Below are positions 19,409 to 29,208 of a stretch of 64,000 nucleotides of DNA, one piece after another. Both the position numbers and the translations under genes were made by a program. Positions within the stretch are counted from its first letter, which is position 1, and every line of letters begins with the position of its first letter. A model generated the notes under the pieces. That model was given only the letters and a program-made list of their open reading frames with translations. It was not told where the DNA came from and searched no databases. Origin of the DNA: Candidatus Saccharimonadota bacterium (GTDB lineage Bacteria; Patescibacteriota; Saccharimonadia; Saccharimonadales; UBA10212); assembly GCA_022841445.1 (NCBI GenBank), contig JALHRM010000002.1:25581-89580 (forward strand), given 5' to 3'.

Positions 19409-20356
19409 ATGCCAACCAAGAAATCTGATACTTCCAAAGAAGAAGTCGTAATTACTGATGAGCCTGTAAAAAAGGAGGTCGCACAGACTCCTGAGCCAGA
19501 AACAGAAGTAGCCGAAAAATCTACTGCCAAAGCTGGCAAGCGTAGCGCAAAAGCCATCAAAGAAACTGAAGAAAAGCAAGCTAAAGAAGAACGCAAGGCA
19601 ACCAAGGAATCTGAAGGATCATCAGAGGAAAAGCCAAAACGAGTTATCACGCCTAGTCGACCCCGCATCGAGCGAGCCGGCAAAAAACTACGCGAAGTAA
19701 CAAAACTTATAGACAAATCAAAAGACTATGCTCTTAGCGATGCTATTGATCTCGCCATTAAAACCACGACCACAAAATTCGATGCTAGCGTTGAGCTGCA
19801 CATCAACCTCGGTGTCGACCCTAAGCATGCCGATCAAAACATTCGAGGAACTATTGTTTTGCCTGCTGGAACTGGTAAAACAGTTAGAGTTGCAGTATAT
19901 GCAGAGGCCGAAGATGTCGCCAAGGCCAAGAAGGCCGGTGCAGATGTTGCTGGCAGCGACGAGTTCTTGCAGCAACTCGACAAAGAAAAAATTGATTTTG
20001 ACGTACTGATCGCTACACCTCAATTGATGGCAAAACTAAGTAAATACGCCAAGCTGCTCGGCCCCAAAGGACTGATGCCGAATCCTAAAAGCGGCACCGT
20101 AGCCGCTGATGTAGCAAAGGCAGTTACTGAAGCCAAAGCCGGCAAGGTCGAGTACCGCGTTGACAGTAATGGGATCGTCCATGTCGCCGTGGGCAAAGTA
20201 GGCTTCGGTGCCGACAAACTAGCTCAAAACATTGGCGCACTTTTCAGCAGCATTAAGGCAGCCAAACCAAGCAGTATTAAAGGCAACTACGTCAAGACTA
20301 TCTATTTGACAACAACCATGGGACCAAGCATTCGCATCAGCCAATCTGACATGTAG
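19409..20356 (+). CDS. rplA: 50S ribosomal protein L1 with long K/E-rich N-terminal extension
   Basis: [34 protein letters not shown] before ATG 19409. Confidence 0.96.
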   Translation: MPTKKSDTSKEEVVITDEPVKKEVAQTPEPETEVAEKSTAKAGKRSAKAIKETEEKQAKEERKATKESEGSSEEKPKRVITPSRPRIERAGKKLREVTKLIDKSKDYALSDAIDLAIKTTTTKFDASVELHINLGVDPKHADQNIRGTIVLPAGTGKTVRVAVYAEAEDVAKAKKAGADVAGSDEFLQQLDKEKIDFDVLIATPQLMAKLSKYAKLLGPKGLMPNPKSGTVAADVAKAVTEAKAGKVEYRVDSNGIVHVAVGKVGFGADKLAQNIGALFSSIKAAKPSSIKGNYVKTIYLTTTMGPSIRISQSDM

Positions 20357-20432
20357 CAAATAATACATGTCTCTTAAGCTTGTTCAGCTATTTGACACCC
20401 TGTAAACTAGGATGTAACCAAGGAGGTTCATC

Positions 20433-21161
20433 GTGTCCGTAGAACGAGCGGGAGTATACAGTAATATTCAAATCAGGGAAGCTATAGAACACGGGCACAT
20501 TATCTGTCATCCGTTTCAGCCGAAACATGTCAGTCATGCTAGTTTAGATGTCACCCTCGGCTATAACTATTACCGTATCGAACGGCTTAATGAGCGAACC
20601 ATCTATAATCCGTTCGATCGCGAAGATGTTGAGCGATATTTTGACGGACCGTATGAGGCCATGCCCCATGAACAGTGGTGTAAACTAAATGGCTTCAAGC
20701 CGCTTAAGAATATACCTCCCGATCATCCTGTCATTTCACTAAAGCCAGGGGAGCGTATTCTGGCCCACACCCATGAATTCTTTGGAATTTTACCTCCAGG
20801 TGCATACGAATTAAAAAGCCGTTCCAGTTGGGCGCGGAATGGGATTGCCGTTTGCTTCGATGCCGGGTGGGTTGATCCAGGCTACATCAACCGCTTGACG
20901 CTAGAAATTTATAATCTCAATATGCGTGAAACTATTGTTCTGCCAGTTGGTGAACGTGTTGGTCAGGCTGTATTCCATCATACCGGGCCAGTCGAAGGCA
21001 GCTATGGCGAAGGTCGTGACCAAAGTTTCAGCGGCAAATATCAGAGCGGAACTGAACTCAAAAAAATAATCACCAAGTGGTCACCTGATCAGATGCTACC
21101 TCAGGCCTACCGCGACACCCGTAGCCTACCGACTAAGATTAAAGGCTTGAGTTATGAGTAA
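20433..21161 (+). CDS. dcd: dCTP deaminase (dUTPase-fold)
   Basis: ASLDVTLG, SRSSWARNG, AGWVDPGY, LTLEIYN; SD AGGAGG, GTG start. Confidence 0.88.
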   Translation: MSVERAGVYSNIQIREAIEHGHIICHPFQPKHVSHASLDVTLGYNYYRIERLNERTIYNPFDREDVERYFDGPYEAMPHEQWCKLNGFKPLKNIPPDHPVISLKPGERILAHTHEFFGILPPGAYELKSRSSWARNGIAVCFDAGWVDPGYINRLTLEIYNLNMRETIVLPVGERVGQAVFHHTGPVEGSYGEGRDQSFSGKYQSGTELKKIITKWSPDQMLPQAYRDTRSLPTKIKGLSYE

Positions 21162-23460
21162 GGGACTATACATTGTTATTGAGGGTCCTGAGGGTGTCGG
21201 TAAGTCAACGCAAGTTGAAGCACTGGCCAAGAAGTTTAGTGATATTGGACAAAGCGTTAGACTGTTCCGCGAACCAGACAGCCAAAGCGACTTAACGGCA
21301 CGAGTGCTGCGCCGCTTAACACAGGATCCGCACTATCCGATGAATACCCGCACTGAGGTGCTGCTATATAACGCTGCCCGTAGTCAATCTTTGGAAGTTA
21401 TCCGGCGAGCAAGAGCTAACGGCACTGTATGTTTGGTTGACAGAAACTACCTCACAACACTTGCCATACAATATTATGGCCGCGGTGATGTGCCAGATTA
21501 CGACATGATCACCACCATAATTAACTTCGCAGTAGGGGACATGCAGCCCGACAAAACAATCATCCTTGATGCACCTGTTAACGTTCTACAAAGCCGCGCT
21601 CAGGAACGAGCCTCTGGTGAGCGGTTTGATAATCTCGACCTCGAATTTTTAGAGCGTGTTAGGGCTGGGTACTTATGGGAGGCCAAGCAGCGAGGCTATC
21701 CGGTAGTTCATGCTACTGAATCGGTCACTGAAATTACTGCCAAACTGTGGGGGCTGCTCGGTGGAGCAGAGGCTGCAGACACTGACACAGCATTGACCGT
21801 CCCACCACCGCCATCTACTGCAACGCCATTGAAGGAACTAATTAGCGCTAAGCAGGAATCCTTAGATATGCAGCCACTACTTAGCAAGGATAAGGATGGC
21901 AACTATATTGTCACGGATGCCGGAACCAGTTACTTAAAACAAGTGCTGACAAATACGACCGGTAACGTATACGCCTTTACTCAAGATATAAATCCTGTTA
22001 CTGTGGCCGCTGCTATGGCTCGCCTATCTAGGCGCGGCGATGATATGCGCATCACACTGCTGGACGAGTTTGCCGCGCATCACGGCAACGACGAAGGACT
22101 GCTAAAGCGAGTTATCACCGCTTACGGTGACGACTCTGTGCAGCAGCTGGTTGGTCAACATGTCGTCGTCGAAAATGCCAGCAACTTACTGACTAAAAAA
22201 TTGGAGTGGGGAAGGCTGGCATCATACCTCGAGCAATCCACTCGCTACATATACTTTGATAAAAAAGATGCTGCTGGTAATTTTCGATACTACACACCTG
22301 AAGAATTGTCAGGAGATCTAGAAAAATCATACCGCGCTAAAATGAATGATATTTTTGTGCATTATTCACTATTAGTTCGTAAACTTACCGAATATATTCA
22401 AAAACACTCCGATGTGGCAGAGTCAGAGCGTGACGGTGCCTGGAGATCGGCAACTCGTGCTCAAGCATGTGACGCCATCAGACCAGTACTGCCAGTTGCA
22501 ACAACGTCCACTGTTGGCATCTATGCGAGTGGCCAAGCCCTCGAAAGTCTGATTATGCATCTACTATCCGATGAGATGCCAGAGGCTGTTACGACCGGCC
22601 AGCAGCTTCTCGATGAATGTCGAAAAGTCATTCCAGTATTCCTGGAACGTGCCGATAAGCCCGACCGCGGTGGCGCGATGATCGCTTACCGCGCCACTAC
22701 TGCTAAGTCAGTCCGTGAACTGGCAGACGGCCTACTTCCACAGTCAATCAGCCCCGAAGTTGAGTCCGTGGCATTAACTGACTACTGGCCAAGGAACGAA
22801 CTGGATTTAGTTGCAGATATGCTTTACGAACATAGTCATTTGCCGCTTGAGGCAATCCGCGAAGAAGCAAAATCATGGCACTACCAGCAGAAGAGAAAAA
22901 TCGTCAATGCGTATATGGGCGAAAGACTCAACCGACGACACCGCCCGGGTCGGGCTCTGGAAAAAGCCCACTACAGTTTTGATTTAGTTTGTGATTATGG
23001 CATCTTCCGTGACTTGCAGCGCCACAGAATGGTAGACGATATGCAGTGGCAACTACTGACGCCACGCTACGGCTATGACATACCTGAACTAGTCGAACAA
23101 GCCGGACTAAGCGAATTGTTTGAAAAATGCTTTGACATAAGCCTCACACTGCACAGCGAACTACAGGCTGCTGGTCATGATCTGGCCGCACAATACGCTA
23201 CCTTGCTTGGCCACAAGATGCGCTGGAAGGTAACATTTAATGCACGCCAGGCCTTCCATATGCTAGAGCTACGCACCACACCCCAAGGCCACCCCGGCTA
23301 CCGTAAATTAAGTAAAGAAATGTATGACAAGATTACTGAAATTCATCCACTAATTGGCCAGGCCATGAAGTTTGTCAATCAGGATGAAGATCCTGAACTT
23401 ACCAGATTGGCAGCCGAGCGCTACACTCAATTCAAGCTAAATCAACTCAAAGTCATCTAA
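21154..23460 (+). CDS. Thymidylate kinase fused to tandem-domain FAD-dependent thymidylate synthase (Tmk-ThyX)
   Basis: N-terminal IEGPEGVGKST, REP, LVDR (Tmk); C-terminal EQSTRY, RDLQRHR, ELRT (ThyX). Confidence 0.9.
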   Translation: MSKGLYIVIEGPEGVGKSTQVEALAKKFSDIGQSVRLFREPDSQSDLTARVLRRLTQDPHYPMNTRTEVLLYNAARSQSLEVIRRARANGTVCLVDRNYLTTLAIQYYGRGDVPDYDMITTIINFAVGDMQPDKTIILDAPVNVLQSRAQERASGERFDNLDLEFLERVRAGYLWEAKQRGYPVVHATESVTEITAKLWGLLGGAEAADTDTALTVPPPPSTATPLKELISAKQESLDMQPLLSKDKDGNYIVTDAGTSYLKQVLTNTTGNVYAFTQDINPVTVAAAMARLSRRGDDMRITLLDEFAAHHGNDEGLLKRVITAYGDDSVQQLVGQHVVVENASNLLTKKLEWGRLASYLEQSTRYIYFDKKDAAGNFRYYTPEELSGDLEKSYRAKMNDIFVHYSLLVRKLTEYIQKHSDVAESERDGAWRSATRAQACDAIRPVLPVATTSTVGIYASGQALESLIMHLLSDEMPEAVTTGQQLLDECRKVIPVFLERADKPDRGGAMIAYRATTAKSVRELADGLLPQSISPEVESVALTDYWPRNELDLVADMLYEHSHLPLEAIREEAKSWHYQQKRKIVNAYMGERLNRRHRPGRALEKAHYSFDLVCDYGIFRDLQRHRMVDDMQWQLLTPRYGYDIPELVEQAGLSELFEKCFDISLTLHSELQAAGHDLAAQYATLLGHKMRWKVTFNARQAFHMLELRTTPQGHPGYRKLSKEMYDKITEIHPLIGQAMKFVNQDEDPELTRLAAERYTQFKLNQLKVI

Positions 23461-24140
23461 AGCAACATAGCAACTGCCACATTGTTGCGCCCACCTCGCT
23501 TAACGTTGTAGAGCAGTCCGTCGGCTGCTTGCAATGCGCCATTCATATCAAAATCCATCCGTGTTGGATCCCACAGTACTGTCCCCATCGATATGGTCAC
23601 TGGTCGACCCTCTATTTCAGTAGTCACTGCAGATTGCATGCGTCGCATAGCAGTAGTAAAGTCACTAACTCGATCTACTGGCTGTTCACTGAGCAAGGCA
23701 AATTCCTCTCCGCCTATTCGGGCAACGGTGTCGGCGGCGCGACTCTGCGCGGTAAGTAACCCAGCAATATCTCTAATGACTTCATCACCAGCATCGTGTC
23801 CAAAAGTATCATTAACAGATTTGAAGTGATCTATATCACATACAGTTAAACTTAATACCGTGTCCGTAACACCACGGACCCTTCTCTCTAGAAGATGATT
23901 AAAATCGTGCTCAAATCCTCGCCTGTTCAATAAACCGGTTAAAGGATCGGTTATTGCATCACGTTTAAGGCGTTCACGCTCTGCTTGAGCAGCAGCAGCG
24001 GACTCTATGCCACTAAGAGATAGATTACCTAGTAGCTCTAAATACCGCTCTCTCTGCTTTACTGGAACAAGCTCAAATACCTCAGCCGCAAACTGACCTA
24101 CTCTACGACGATACTGTTCGGAATCATGATTTGATAACAT
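23457..24140 (-). CDS. Diguanylate cyclase (GGDEF domain)
   Basis: DPLTGLLNRR, DIDHFKSVNDTFGH, RxxD I-site plus GGEEF; SD-like AGGAAAGGA before ATG 24140 (GTG 24203 alternative). Confidence 0.93.
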   Translation of the reverse strand: MLSNHDSEQYRRRVGQFAAEVFELVPVKQRERYLELLGNLSLSGIESAAAAQAERERLKRDAITDPLTGLLNRRGFEHDFNHLLERRVRGVTDTVLSLTVCDIDHFKSVNDTFGHDAGDEVIRDIAGLLTAQSRAADTVARIGGEEFALLSEQPVDRVSDFTTAMRRMQSAVTTEIEGRPVTISMGTVLWDPTRMDFDMNGALQAADGLLYNVKRGGRNNVAVAMLL

Positions 24141-24261
24141 GTTTTGTCCTTTCCTTAGTGGTGAAGGATTGCCCTCCAGCCGTGGGTTCGCTACTAGCTC
24201 CACATACTCTAAGCGACCAGATTACCGAGTATGCTTCTAAGCTGACTGTTTATTTTATGTT

Positions 24262-24290
24262 ATTATAGCAATTTTATTAATATTTGTCAA
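24262..24290 (-). promoter_or_regulatory. Perfect-consensus sigma70 promoter for the diguanylate cyclase
   Basis: Minus strand TTGACA-17 nt-TATAAT with extended TGn. Confidence 0.8.
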
Positions 24291-24303
24291 TATGTATCTG
24301 CCT

Positions 24304-24332
24304 TTGCAAGCATTGAACATACATGTTACAAT
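24304..24332 (+). promoter_or_regulatory. Sigma70-type promoter for rplJ-rplL
   Basis: TTGCAA-17 nt-TACAAT with extended TGn. Confidence 0.7.
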
Positions 24333-24342
24333 CATCGTTGAT

Positions 24343-24456
24343 TACCAAAGACAGTAGCTGGCACTTACCTTATGTAAGTCCTTAATCCGCTACCGAGGTA
24401 CAAATATTATATTTGTCGTCTAAGTCTTTGGTGAACAGCATCCAAGGGCTTTTTTA
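24343..24456 (+). ncRNA. L10 leader (rplJ autoregulatory RNA) with overlapping terminator
   Basis: AAGACAGTAG...TTAAT..CTACCGAGG core; closing stem 24344-24352/24424-24432; terminator 24422-24455. Confidence 0.8.
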
Positions 24457-24512
24457 TTGGTCATTTAATGATGCGTCACCAGGTCGATACCAACTAAACA
24501 AGGAAATGCACT

Positions 24513-25043
24513 ATGGCATTAACCAAACAAAAGAAAAACGAAGTCGTAGAAGAAGTCGCAAAGCTTCTTGACGCTTCCAAACTAACAGTCGTCGCTAATT
24601 ATCCCGGAACTAGCGTGAAGAGCATTCAGGCCCTTCGCAAATCCGCCAAAGAAAACGGCACGATTGTTAAGGTCGTAAAAAACCGCTTAGTCATAAAAGC
24701 CGTTGAAGGTAATGACCGCCTGAAAAACATAGACACTTCCGCTATCAAGGGTCAGCTGCTTTACGCATTTAATGATCAAGATGAAGTAGCACCCGCTCAG
24801 GCATTGGCTGCATTCGCAAAGAGCGAACCGCAAATCACTTTCGTCGGTGCAATTAGCGGAGACGGGCAATTCGTCTCAGCAGATGACGTAAAGGCACTTG
24901 CAAGTCTTCCTGGTAAGGATCAACTACGTGCTCAGCTCGTTGGCACTATCGCCGCGCCATTGTCCGGTTTCGTTAATGTACTTAGCGGTAATATCCGCGG
25001 GGTACTGAACGTATTAAACGCTCGATCAGAAGCAATCAAATAA
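24513..25043 (+). CDS. rplJ: 50S ribosomal protein L10
   Basis: [17 protein letters not shown]; position upstream of rplL. Confidence 0.96.
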   Translation: MALTKQKKNEVVEEVAKLLDASKLTVVANYPGTSVKSIQALRKSAKENGTIVKVVKNRLVIKAVEGNDRLKNIDTSAIKGQLLYAFNDQDEVAPAQALAAFAKSEPQITFVGAISGDGQFVSADDVKALASLPGKDQLRAQLVGTIAAPLSGFVNVLSGNIRGVLNVLNARSEAIK

Positions 25044-25071
25044 TTTTAAAATATTCGTAAGGAGAATAATC

Positions 25072-25494
25072 ATGGCAGATGCAGAAGAAAAGAAGTCAAA
25101 AAAAGTAGAAACCCCAAAAGAGTTTGAAAAGTTAGTCGCCGAACTTGACAAAATGAGTGCCCTCGACATCAGTAAATTCGTTAAATTCCTCGAAGAATAC
25201 TGGGGCGTGAGTGCCGCTGCACCAGCTGCTGCTGTCGCCGCTGCACCAGCTGCCGGTGGTGATGCACCAGCTGCTGAGGAAAAAAGTGAATACGACGTCG
25301 TCTTGAAAGACGCTGGAGCTCAAAAGGTTGCCGTCATCAAGGCCGTTAAGGACATTACTGGTCTCGGACTTGGCGAAGCTAAGGCTATCGTAGATGGTGT
25401 ACCAAAGCCAGTTTTGGAAAAAGCAAAAAAAGAAGACGCAGAGAGCGCCAAAAAAGCTCTAGAAGAAGCTGGTGCAACCGTAGAACTTGCTTAA
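25072..25494 (+). CDS. rplL: 50S ribosomal protein L7/L12
   Basis: Ala-rich hinge, [34 protein letters not shown]. Confidence 0.97.
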   Translation: MADAEEKKSKKVETPKEFEKLVAELDKMSALDISKFVKFLEEYWGVSAAAPAAAVAAAPAAGGDAPAAEEKSEYDVVLKDAGAQKVAVIKAVKDITGLGLGEAKAIVDGVPKPVLEKAKKEDAESAKKALEEAGATVELA

Positions 25495-25516
25495 AGACAG
25501 AATACCTACATCTAGT

Positions 25517-25550
25517 AATAATACCCGTCAACAACTGGCGGGTATTATTT
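25517..25550. terminator. Intrinsic terminator after rplL
   Basis: AATAATACCCGTCA-acaac-TGGCGGGTATTATT hairpin. Confidence 0.75.
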
Positions 25551-25579
25551 ATGCTTAAATAGCACTCCTGTTTCAACAT

Positions 25580-25588
25580 TTATCCACA
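25580..25588 (+). promoter_or_regulatory. Single perfect DnaA box
   Basis: TTATCCACA in the intergenic region upstream of the hypothetical-dnaX-dnaB genes. Confidence 0.4.
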
Positions 25589-25684
25589 CGAATACTCATA
25601 CTTTGACAGAGACGAGCTGCTATGATAGTCTGAGCTTATAGTGTACCTAAACAAACACTTATAGAGGTGAAAGCAGACAGACAT

Positions 25685-26197
25685 ATGGCAGATGTTCCGG
25701 AGAAGCAAATCAAACGACTTCGAACTCTTATTGATGACGCTGAAACTAACCTGGCCGCCGCAAAGGAACTTCTTGTAAGTTTAGTTGGAGATGACCCAGT
25801 AGTAGTCGACAAGGTCAAAGATGAGAATCTTGGTAAAGTGATCGAAGGTGTTTTTGATGGCCAGAATATGGTTGGATCTGACGGTAAAGTTTACCCTGTA
25901 CCCGCTAACTACGCCAGTAAATCAAAACTAGTTCAGGGTGACATTTTAAAACTGACTATCGCCCAGGATGGTGCTTTTATGTACAAGCAAATTGGCCCAA
26001 TTCCTCGCCGTCAGATTGTGGGCACACTTATTCAAAAAGAAGGCCACTATTATGTAGATGTTGGCGAAAAGCAGTACAGGGTGCTACTCGCCAGTGTTAC
26101 CTATTTCAAAGCAAAACCGGGTGATCAGGTAAGCGTCAACGTGCCTGAAGACGTCACTGTTGATGCCGAGTGGGCAGCACTGGAAGCTGCCCTGTAG
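25685..26197 (+). CDS. Hypothetical protein (coiled coil plus beta-rich domains)
   Basis: Long well-formed ORF; motifs IEGVFDGQNM, YPVPANYASKSKL; function not recognised. Confidence 0.75.
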   Translation: MADVPEKQIKRLRTLIDDAETNLAAAKELLVSLVGDDPVVVDKVKDENLGKVIEGVFDGQNMVGSDGKVYPVPANYASKSKLVQGDILKLTIAQDGAFMYKQIGPIPRRQIVGTLIQKEGHYYVDVGEKQYRVLLASVTYFKAKPGDQVSVNVPEDVTVDAEWAALEAAL

Positions 26198-26288
26198 CGG
26201 TAGAGACCTGCTTTTCGTATATTCCACAGGTTGGTACTTAAAACTACAACGCCCTTAGTAGCCAGTTAAGCGGTATAATTGATAGACT

Positions 26289-27785
26289 ATGGGGAAAGCA
26301 CTCTACCGAAAATACCGTTCAAGGTCACTTGACGATGTGGTCGGCCAAGAACATATCACTTCAACATTAAAAAATGCTATTTCTAGCGGCCGCTTGAGTC
26401 ATGCTTATCTTTTCACTGGTCCAAGGGGCACCGGCAAAACCAGTATCGCTCGAATTTTAGCCCATCTTATTAACGACCTACCGTATGATAGCGATGCACT
26501 GCACTTGGATATTATCGAAATCGATGCTGCCAGCAACCGCCGTATTGATGAAATACGTGATCTAAGAGATAAGGTACACATCGCACCAAGCAGTACAAAA
26601 TACAAGGTATACATCATAGACGAAGTACATATGCTTACGCGTGAGGCATTTAATGCGCTCCTCAAAACACTGGAAGAACCGCCAGCTCACGCCGTATTTA
26701 TCCTTGCCACGACGGAACTGCACAAAGTACCTGCCACCATTGTCAGTCGCACTCAGCGATTTTCATTCAAGCCTGTATCGAAAAACAACGTTATCGAGCA
26801 CTTACGCACCATTGCCAGTAAGGAAAAAATAACAATCGATGATGAGGCCTTAGAATTACTAGCTGATTATGGGGAGGGTAGTTTTCGGGACAGTATTAGC
26901 CTACTTGATCAATTGCGAGGTCATGCTTCTGTGAACTCTGCTACCGTAAGGGATGTAGTTGGCACACCAAGTCAGGAACTGATTATGGCACTCAGCGAAG
27001 CAATCGAGGCCCAACAACCGCAAAAAGTCCTCGAGCTACTCGATACCCTCCGCGACCAAGGAATTACCGCGGCATCATCAGCTAGTGCGCTCAGCACACT
27101 TTACCGAAAACATATGCGGCAAAACGATCAAGTTTCTGGTCATAGAATTTCGCTTCTTAAAGACTTACTAACAGTGGCAGGCAATAGCCACCCTCAGGAA
27201 ATGCTGGAAATTATCTTACTACAAGCATCCCACCAAAGCAGTGATGGTATTACCGATGCTAAAAAGCTGTTGACTCAGCCTACTAGCGAGCAACAACAGC
27301 AAAAGCCGACTAAAGTGAGATCGATTGCCACGCCGCCGTCAGTTCCTCGCAAATCAGTAGCCGATAGCAACGGCAAGCCCGCAATTGTGCCTGGCGATAA
27401 AGCTGCTCCTATGACTATTGAAAAATGGCCAAATGTACTAGAAATGGTACAGACCGAGACGCCTTCGCTGTATCGTGCCCTGCGTATTGCCGAGCCAGAA
27501 ATAATTAACAACGAGCTGCATTTGTATTTTGAATTTCCGCTTCATCAGAAAAAAGTCGATGAAACAAGAAATAAAACGCACCTTACGACAACACTTGCAG
27601 GTATGGGCTTACAGATTAATGCGATACATTGTCACGCTGATAAAAATCGCTTTACAAACAAAGTTACTTCGCCTAAGGAGACTAATCAAGAACCTAATCT
27701 TCCTGCAAGTGCGATAGATACCCCTGACTTGGCACTAACAAATATAAGCAATATTTTTGGCACACCTGAACTGTTAGAATCTTAA
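26289..27785 (+). CDS. dnaX: DNA polymerase III subunit gamma/tau
   Basis: ALYRKYR, GPRGTGKT, EIDAAS, IDEVHML, NALLKTLEEPP. Confidence 0.97.
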   Translation: MGKALYRKYRSRSLDDVVGQEHITSTLKNAISSGRLSHAYLFTGPRGTGKTSIARILAHLINDLPYDSDALHLDIIEIDAASNRRIDEIRDLRDKVHIAPSSTKYKVYIIDEVHMLTREAFNALLKTLEEPPAHAVFILATTELHKVPATIVSRTQRFSFKPVSKNNVIEHLRTIASKEKITIDDEALELLADYGEGSFRDSISLLDQLRGHASVNSATVRDVVGTPSQELIMALSEAIEAQQPQKVLELLDTLRDQGITAASSASALSTLYRKHMRQNDQVSGHRISLLKDLLTVAGNSHPQEMLEIILLQASHQSSDGITDAKKLLTQPTSEQQQQKPTKVRSIATPPSVPRKSVADSNGKPAIVPGDKAAPMTIEKWPNVLEMVQTETPSLYRALRIAEPEIINNELHLYFEFPLHQKKVDETRNKTHLTTTLAGMGLQINAIHCHADKNRFTNKVTSPKETNQEPNLPASAIDTPDLALTNISNIFGTPELLES

Positions 27786-27789
27786 GCTA

Positions 27790-29154
27790 ATGACTGAAAG
27801 CTCTAACACTCCGCTTCCACCGCAGAGCCTCGATGCCGAGGCTGGCCTGCTTGGAGGGCTACTTATTGAAGGTGAGGCTTTCGTAAATATTGGTGATGCC
27901 GTAGCGGTCAGTGATTTTTACGATCAACGTCACCAAAAGATTTTTGAAGCCATTGAATCGCTGTATAACAAGCACGAGTCAATTGATATACTAACGGTCA
28001 GTGAGCAGCTTAAAAATCGGGGACTATTAGAGGGTATTGGCGGCACCAGCTATTTGACTGAACTAAGCAACACCGTTCCTACCACCGCCCATATAGAGCA
28101 ATACGCTGACCTTGTGGCATCCAAGGGCGCCCGACGGCGACTTATCAAAGCAACTCAGCTGATTGCCCAGCTAGGGTATGATGAAGAGAAAAGTCTGCAA
28201 GAACTAATTGAAGAAGCCGAATCACGTATTTTTGAAGTCAGTCAACAACATGTGAGACAGGATATCGCCAGTCTAGAATCGATACTGGGTGAGAGTTTCG
28301 ACCGCCTCGATGATCTTCATAATAACCGTGCTGGTATTCGCGGTATCCCCACCGGGCTGACAGATCTCGACAAGACACTCGCTGGCTTGCAGCGCTCAGA
28401 CCTACTTATTCTGGCTGCCAGACCATCTATGGGAAAGACAGCTTTACTGCTTAATATTGCTCTTAATGTAGCGACCGAAGCCCAGCAAGGTGCGGTACTG
28501 TATTTTAGTATCGAGATGGGTAAAGAGCAGTTGGTCGACAGGCTGCTAGCAGCTGAAGCGGGGGTTGACGCCTGGAAGTTACGCACCGGTGAGGGTCTTG
28601 CCGATGCCGACTTCGAGAGGCTTAGTGCAGCGATGGGTTCACTGGCTGAGGCACCGATATACATTGATGATACCAGCGGCGTAACCATTAGTGATATGCG
28701 TACTAAAGCCCGACGGCTGCATCACAAGCAACCGCTTGCGCTAATAATTGTTGACTACTTACAGCTAATGAGCGGCGGTGCCCGGTTTGCCACCAGCGCT
28801 AATCGCGTTCAAGAGATTTCTGAAATAAGTCGTGGTTTAAAAATACTAGCCCGCGAATTAAATGTTCCCGTTGTAGCCGCCAGTCAGTTAAGCCGATCCG
28901 TTGAAAGCCGCAGTCCGCAGATTCCGCAACTGGCCGACCTGCGAGAATCCGGCTCGATAGAGCAGGATGCCGATATCGTTGCGTTTTTGTACCGTGAGGA
29001 ATATTATAACCCAGAGACTGACCGCAAAAATATCACCGATGTGCTTATCAAAAAACACCGTAATGGGCCTGTCGGAAACTTGGAACTGTACTTTGACCGT
29101 CAACAGCAGCGTTTTCGCAATTTAGACACCCGTCATCAGCCGTTCGACACGTAA
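27790..29154 (+). CDS. dnaB: Replicative DNA helicase
   Basis: AARPSMGKT, IVDYLQLM, SQLSR, DLRESGSIEQDAD, KHRNGP. Confidence 0.98.
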   Translation: MTESSNTPLPPQSLDAEAGLLGGLLIEGEAFVNIGDAVAVSDFYDQRHQKIFEAIESLYNKHESIDILTVSEQLKNRGLLEGIGGTSYLTELSNTVPTTAHIEQYADLVASKGARRRLIKATQLIAQLGYDEEKSLQELIEEAESRIFEVSQQHVRQDIASLESILGESFDRLDDLHNNRAGIRGIPTGLTDLDKTLAGLQRSDLLILAARPSMGKTALLLNIALNVATEAQQGAVLYFSIEMGKEQLVDRLLAAEAGVDAWKLRTGEGLADADFERLSAAMGSLAEAPIYIDDTSGVTISDMRTKARRLHHKQPLALIIVDYLQLMSGGARFATSANRVQEISEISRGLKILARELNVPVVAASQLSRSVESRSPQIPQLADLRESGSIEQDADIVAFLYREEYYNPETDRKNITDVLIKKHRNGPVGNLELYFDRQQQRFRNLDTRHQPFDT

Positions 29155-29208
29155 CTTTGTGTGCTTTCGCCAGACAGCATGCGCACTACTTTGCTATACT
29201 AACCAGTA

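Noticed and set aside
25580..26228. Replication origin near the DnaA box
   Set aside because: Only one perfect box and one poor match; no dnaA/dnaN or box cluster
27255..27560. Possible programmed -1 frameshift in dnaX (A-rich runs near 27260 and 27549)
   Set aside because: Codon phasing is T AAA AAG and G AAA AAA G, not the canonical A AAA AAG, and no clear stimulatory hairpin was seen
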